The notes under the pieces are model-generated. The model was not told where the DNA came from, made no database searches, and saw nothing but the letters and a program-made list of their open reading frames with translations. From a virus (lineage: Duplodnaviria; Heunggongvirae; Uroviricota; Caudoviricetes), in the IMG/VR virus record IMGVR_UViG_2541047816_000004, positions 1 to 42,267 of that record: a DNA stretch of 42,267 nucleotides; one strand, 5' to 3'. The position numbers were made by a program, and so were the translations under genes. Below are positions 40,987 to 42,267 of the stretch, piece by piece (within the stretch, counting starts at the first letter, position 1; the number at the start of each line of letters is the position of its first letter).

Positions 40987-42267
40987 ATGAAATATCCGAC
41001 AGGCGTGGAAAACCATGGAGGAAAATTGCGTATCTGGTTTGTTTATAAAGGTGTAAGAGTCAGAGAAAATCTGGGGGTTCCTGACACGGCAAAAAACAGG
41101 CGCATTGCAGGTGAGCTGCGCGCCTCTGTTTGTTACGCAATAAAAACTGGTGTTTTCGACTATGCAAAACAGTTTCCCTCCTCACACAATCTGGAAAAAT
41201 TTGGTGAGGCCCGACAAGATTTAACCATAAAGGAACTGGCTGAAAAATTTCTGGCACTGAAAGAAACGGAAGTCGCAAAAACGTCACTCAACACGTACCG
41301 TGCCGTCATCAAAAATATTCTGAGCATAATCGGTGAAAAAAATCTTGCATCGTCGATTAATAAAGAAAAATTGCTGGCGGTACGTAAAGAGTTACTTACT
41401 GGATACCAGATCCCCAAAAGTAATTATATTGTTACGCAACCGGGGAGATCGGCTGTCACCGTAAATAATTACATGACAAATCTTTACGCCGTGTTCCAGT
41501 TTGGTGTTGATAACGGTTACCTGGCAGATAATCCGTTTAAGGGGATCTCGCCATTAAAGGAATCAAGAACCATTCCTGATCCTCTTTCACGGGAGGAATT
41601 TATCCGTCTTATCGACGCCTGCAGGAATCAGCAGGCCAAAAATTTATGGTGCGTTTCTGTTTATACAGGCATTCGCCCTGGTGAGCTGTGCGCGCTTGGC
41701 TGGGAGGACATAGATCTGAAAAATGGAACAATGATGATCAGAAGAAATTTAGCAAAAGATCGTTTTACGGTACCGAAAACACAGGCTGGTACCAATCGGG
41801 TAATTCACCTTATCAAGCCTGCAATCGACGCTCTCAGGAATCAGATGACACTAACGAGGCTGAGCAAAGAGCATATTATTGACGTTCACCTCAGAGAGTT
41901 TGGCAGAACAGAAAAACAAAAATGCACCTTTGTTTTTCAACCTGAAGTGTCAGCGAGAGTAAAAAATTATGGTGACCATTTTACCGTTGACTCAATAAGG
42001 CAGATGTGGGACGCAGCGATAAAGCGCGCTGGCCTCCGCCACCGCAAATCATATCAGTCGAGACATACTTATGCCTGCTGGTCGCTGACAGCCGGTGCCA
42101 ACCCGGCATTCATAGCAAACCAGATGGGACATGCAGATGCGCAAATGGTGTTTCAGGTATACGGGAAATGGATGTCTGAAAACAATAATGCACAGGTAGC
42201 CCTGTTAAATACACAGCTAAGCGAGTTTGCCCCAACCATGCCCCAAAACAAGGCGACGCAAAATTAA
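40987..42267 (+). CDS. int: Tyrosine-recombinase integrase
   Basis: Catalytic-region motifs (…RHTYACW…) at the prophage end; stop at the last base of the window; ATG with GAGAGAAG SD-like sequence upstream. Confidence 0.85.
   Translation: MKYPTGVENHGGKLRIWFVYKGVRVRENLGVPDTAKNRRIAGELRASVCYAIKTGVFDYAKQFPSSHNLEKFGEARQDLTIKELAEKFLALKETEVAKTSLNTYRAVIKNILSIIGEKNLASSINKEKLLAVRKELLTGYQIPKSNYIVTQPGRSAVTVNNYMTNLYAVFQFGVDNGYLADNPFKGISPLKESRTIPDPLSREEFIRLIDACRNQQAKNLWCVSVYTGIRPGELCALGWEDIDLKNGTMMIRRNLAKDRFTVPKTQAGTNRVIHLIKPAIDALRNQMTLTRLSKEHIIDVHLREFGRTEKQKCTFVFQPEVSARVKNYGDHFTVDSIRQMWDAAIKRAGLRHRKSYQSRHTYACWSLTAGANPAFIANQMGHADAQMVFQVYGKWMSENNNAQVALLNTQLSEFAPTMPQNKATQN

Overview
The window is almost entirely one lambdoid prophage, lying in reverse orientation relative to the usual lambda map; attachment sites fall outside both ends. 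Left to right: a side tail fiber with alanine-rich repeats (291-2663), lom, J, then a lambda-like tail and head block on the minus strand (I, K, L, M, H, G/T, V, U, Z, FII, FI, E, D, C/nu3, B, W, A, nu1) ending at a lambda-type cos site (~22826-22837). The large terminase gene A is split by a frameshift. Right of cos is a non-lambda lysis cassette (Rz/Rz1, SAR-type endolysin, phage-21-type pinholin), an AT-rich cargo locus at the position where Stx phages carry stx, a tRNA cluster, the late promoter/terminator and Q. Further right are rusA, a DUF968 protein, hokD, a NUDIX+HAD hydrolase pair, an iteron-containing replication initiator, a DicC/DicA-type immunity switch with ydfABC-dicF, a RecE-like protein with a DnaQ-type exonuclease domain, xis and int. 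The best candidates for undescribed function are the NUDIX-HAD cassette, the cargo between the tRNAs and the holin, a lipoprotein inserted between I and J, and an antisense membrane protein in the immunity region. All protein identifications rest on my recall of family sequences and motifs, not on database searches; non-ORF coordinates may be off by 1-2 bp.
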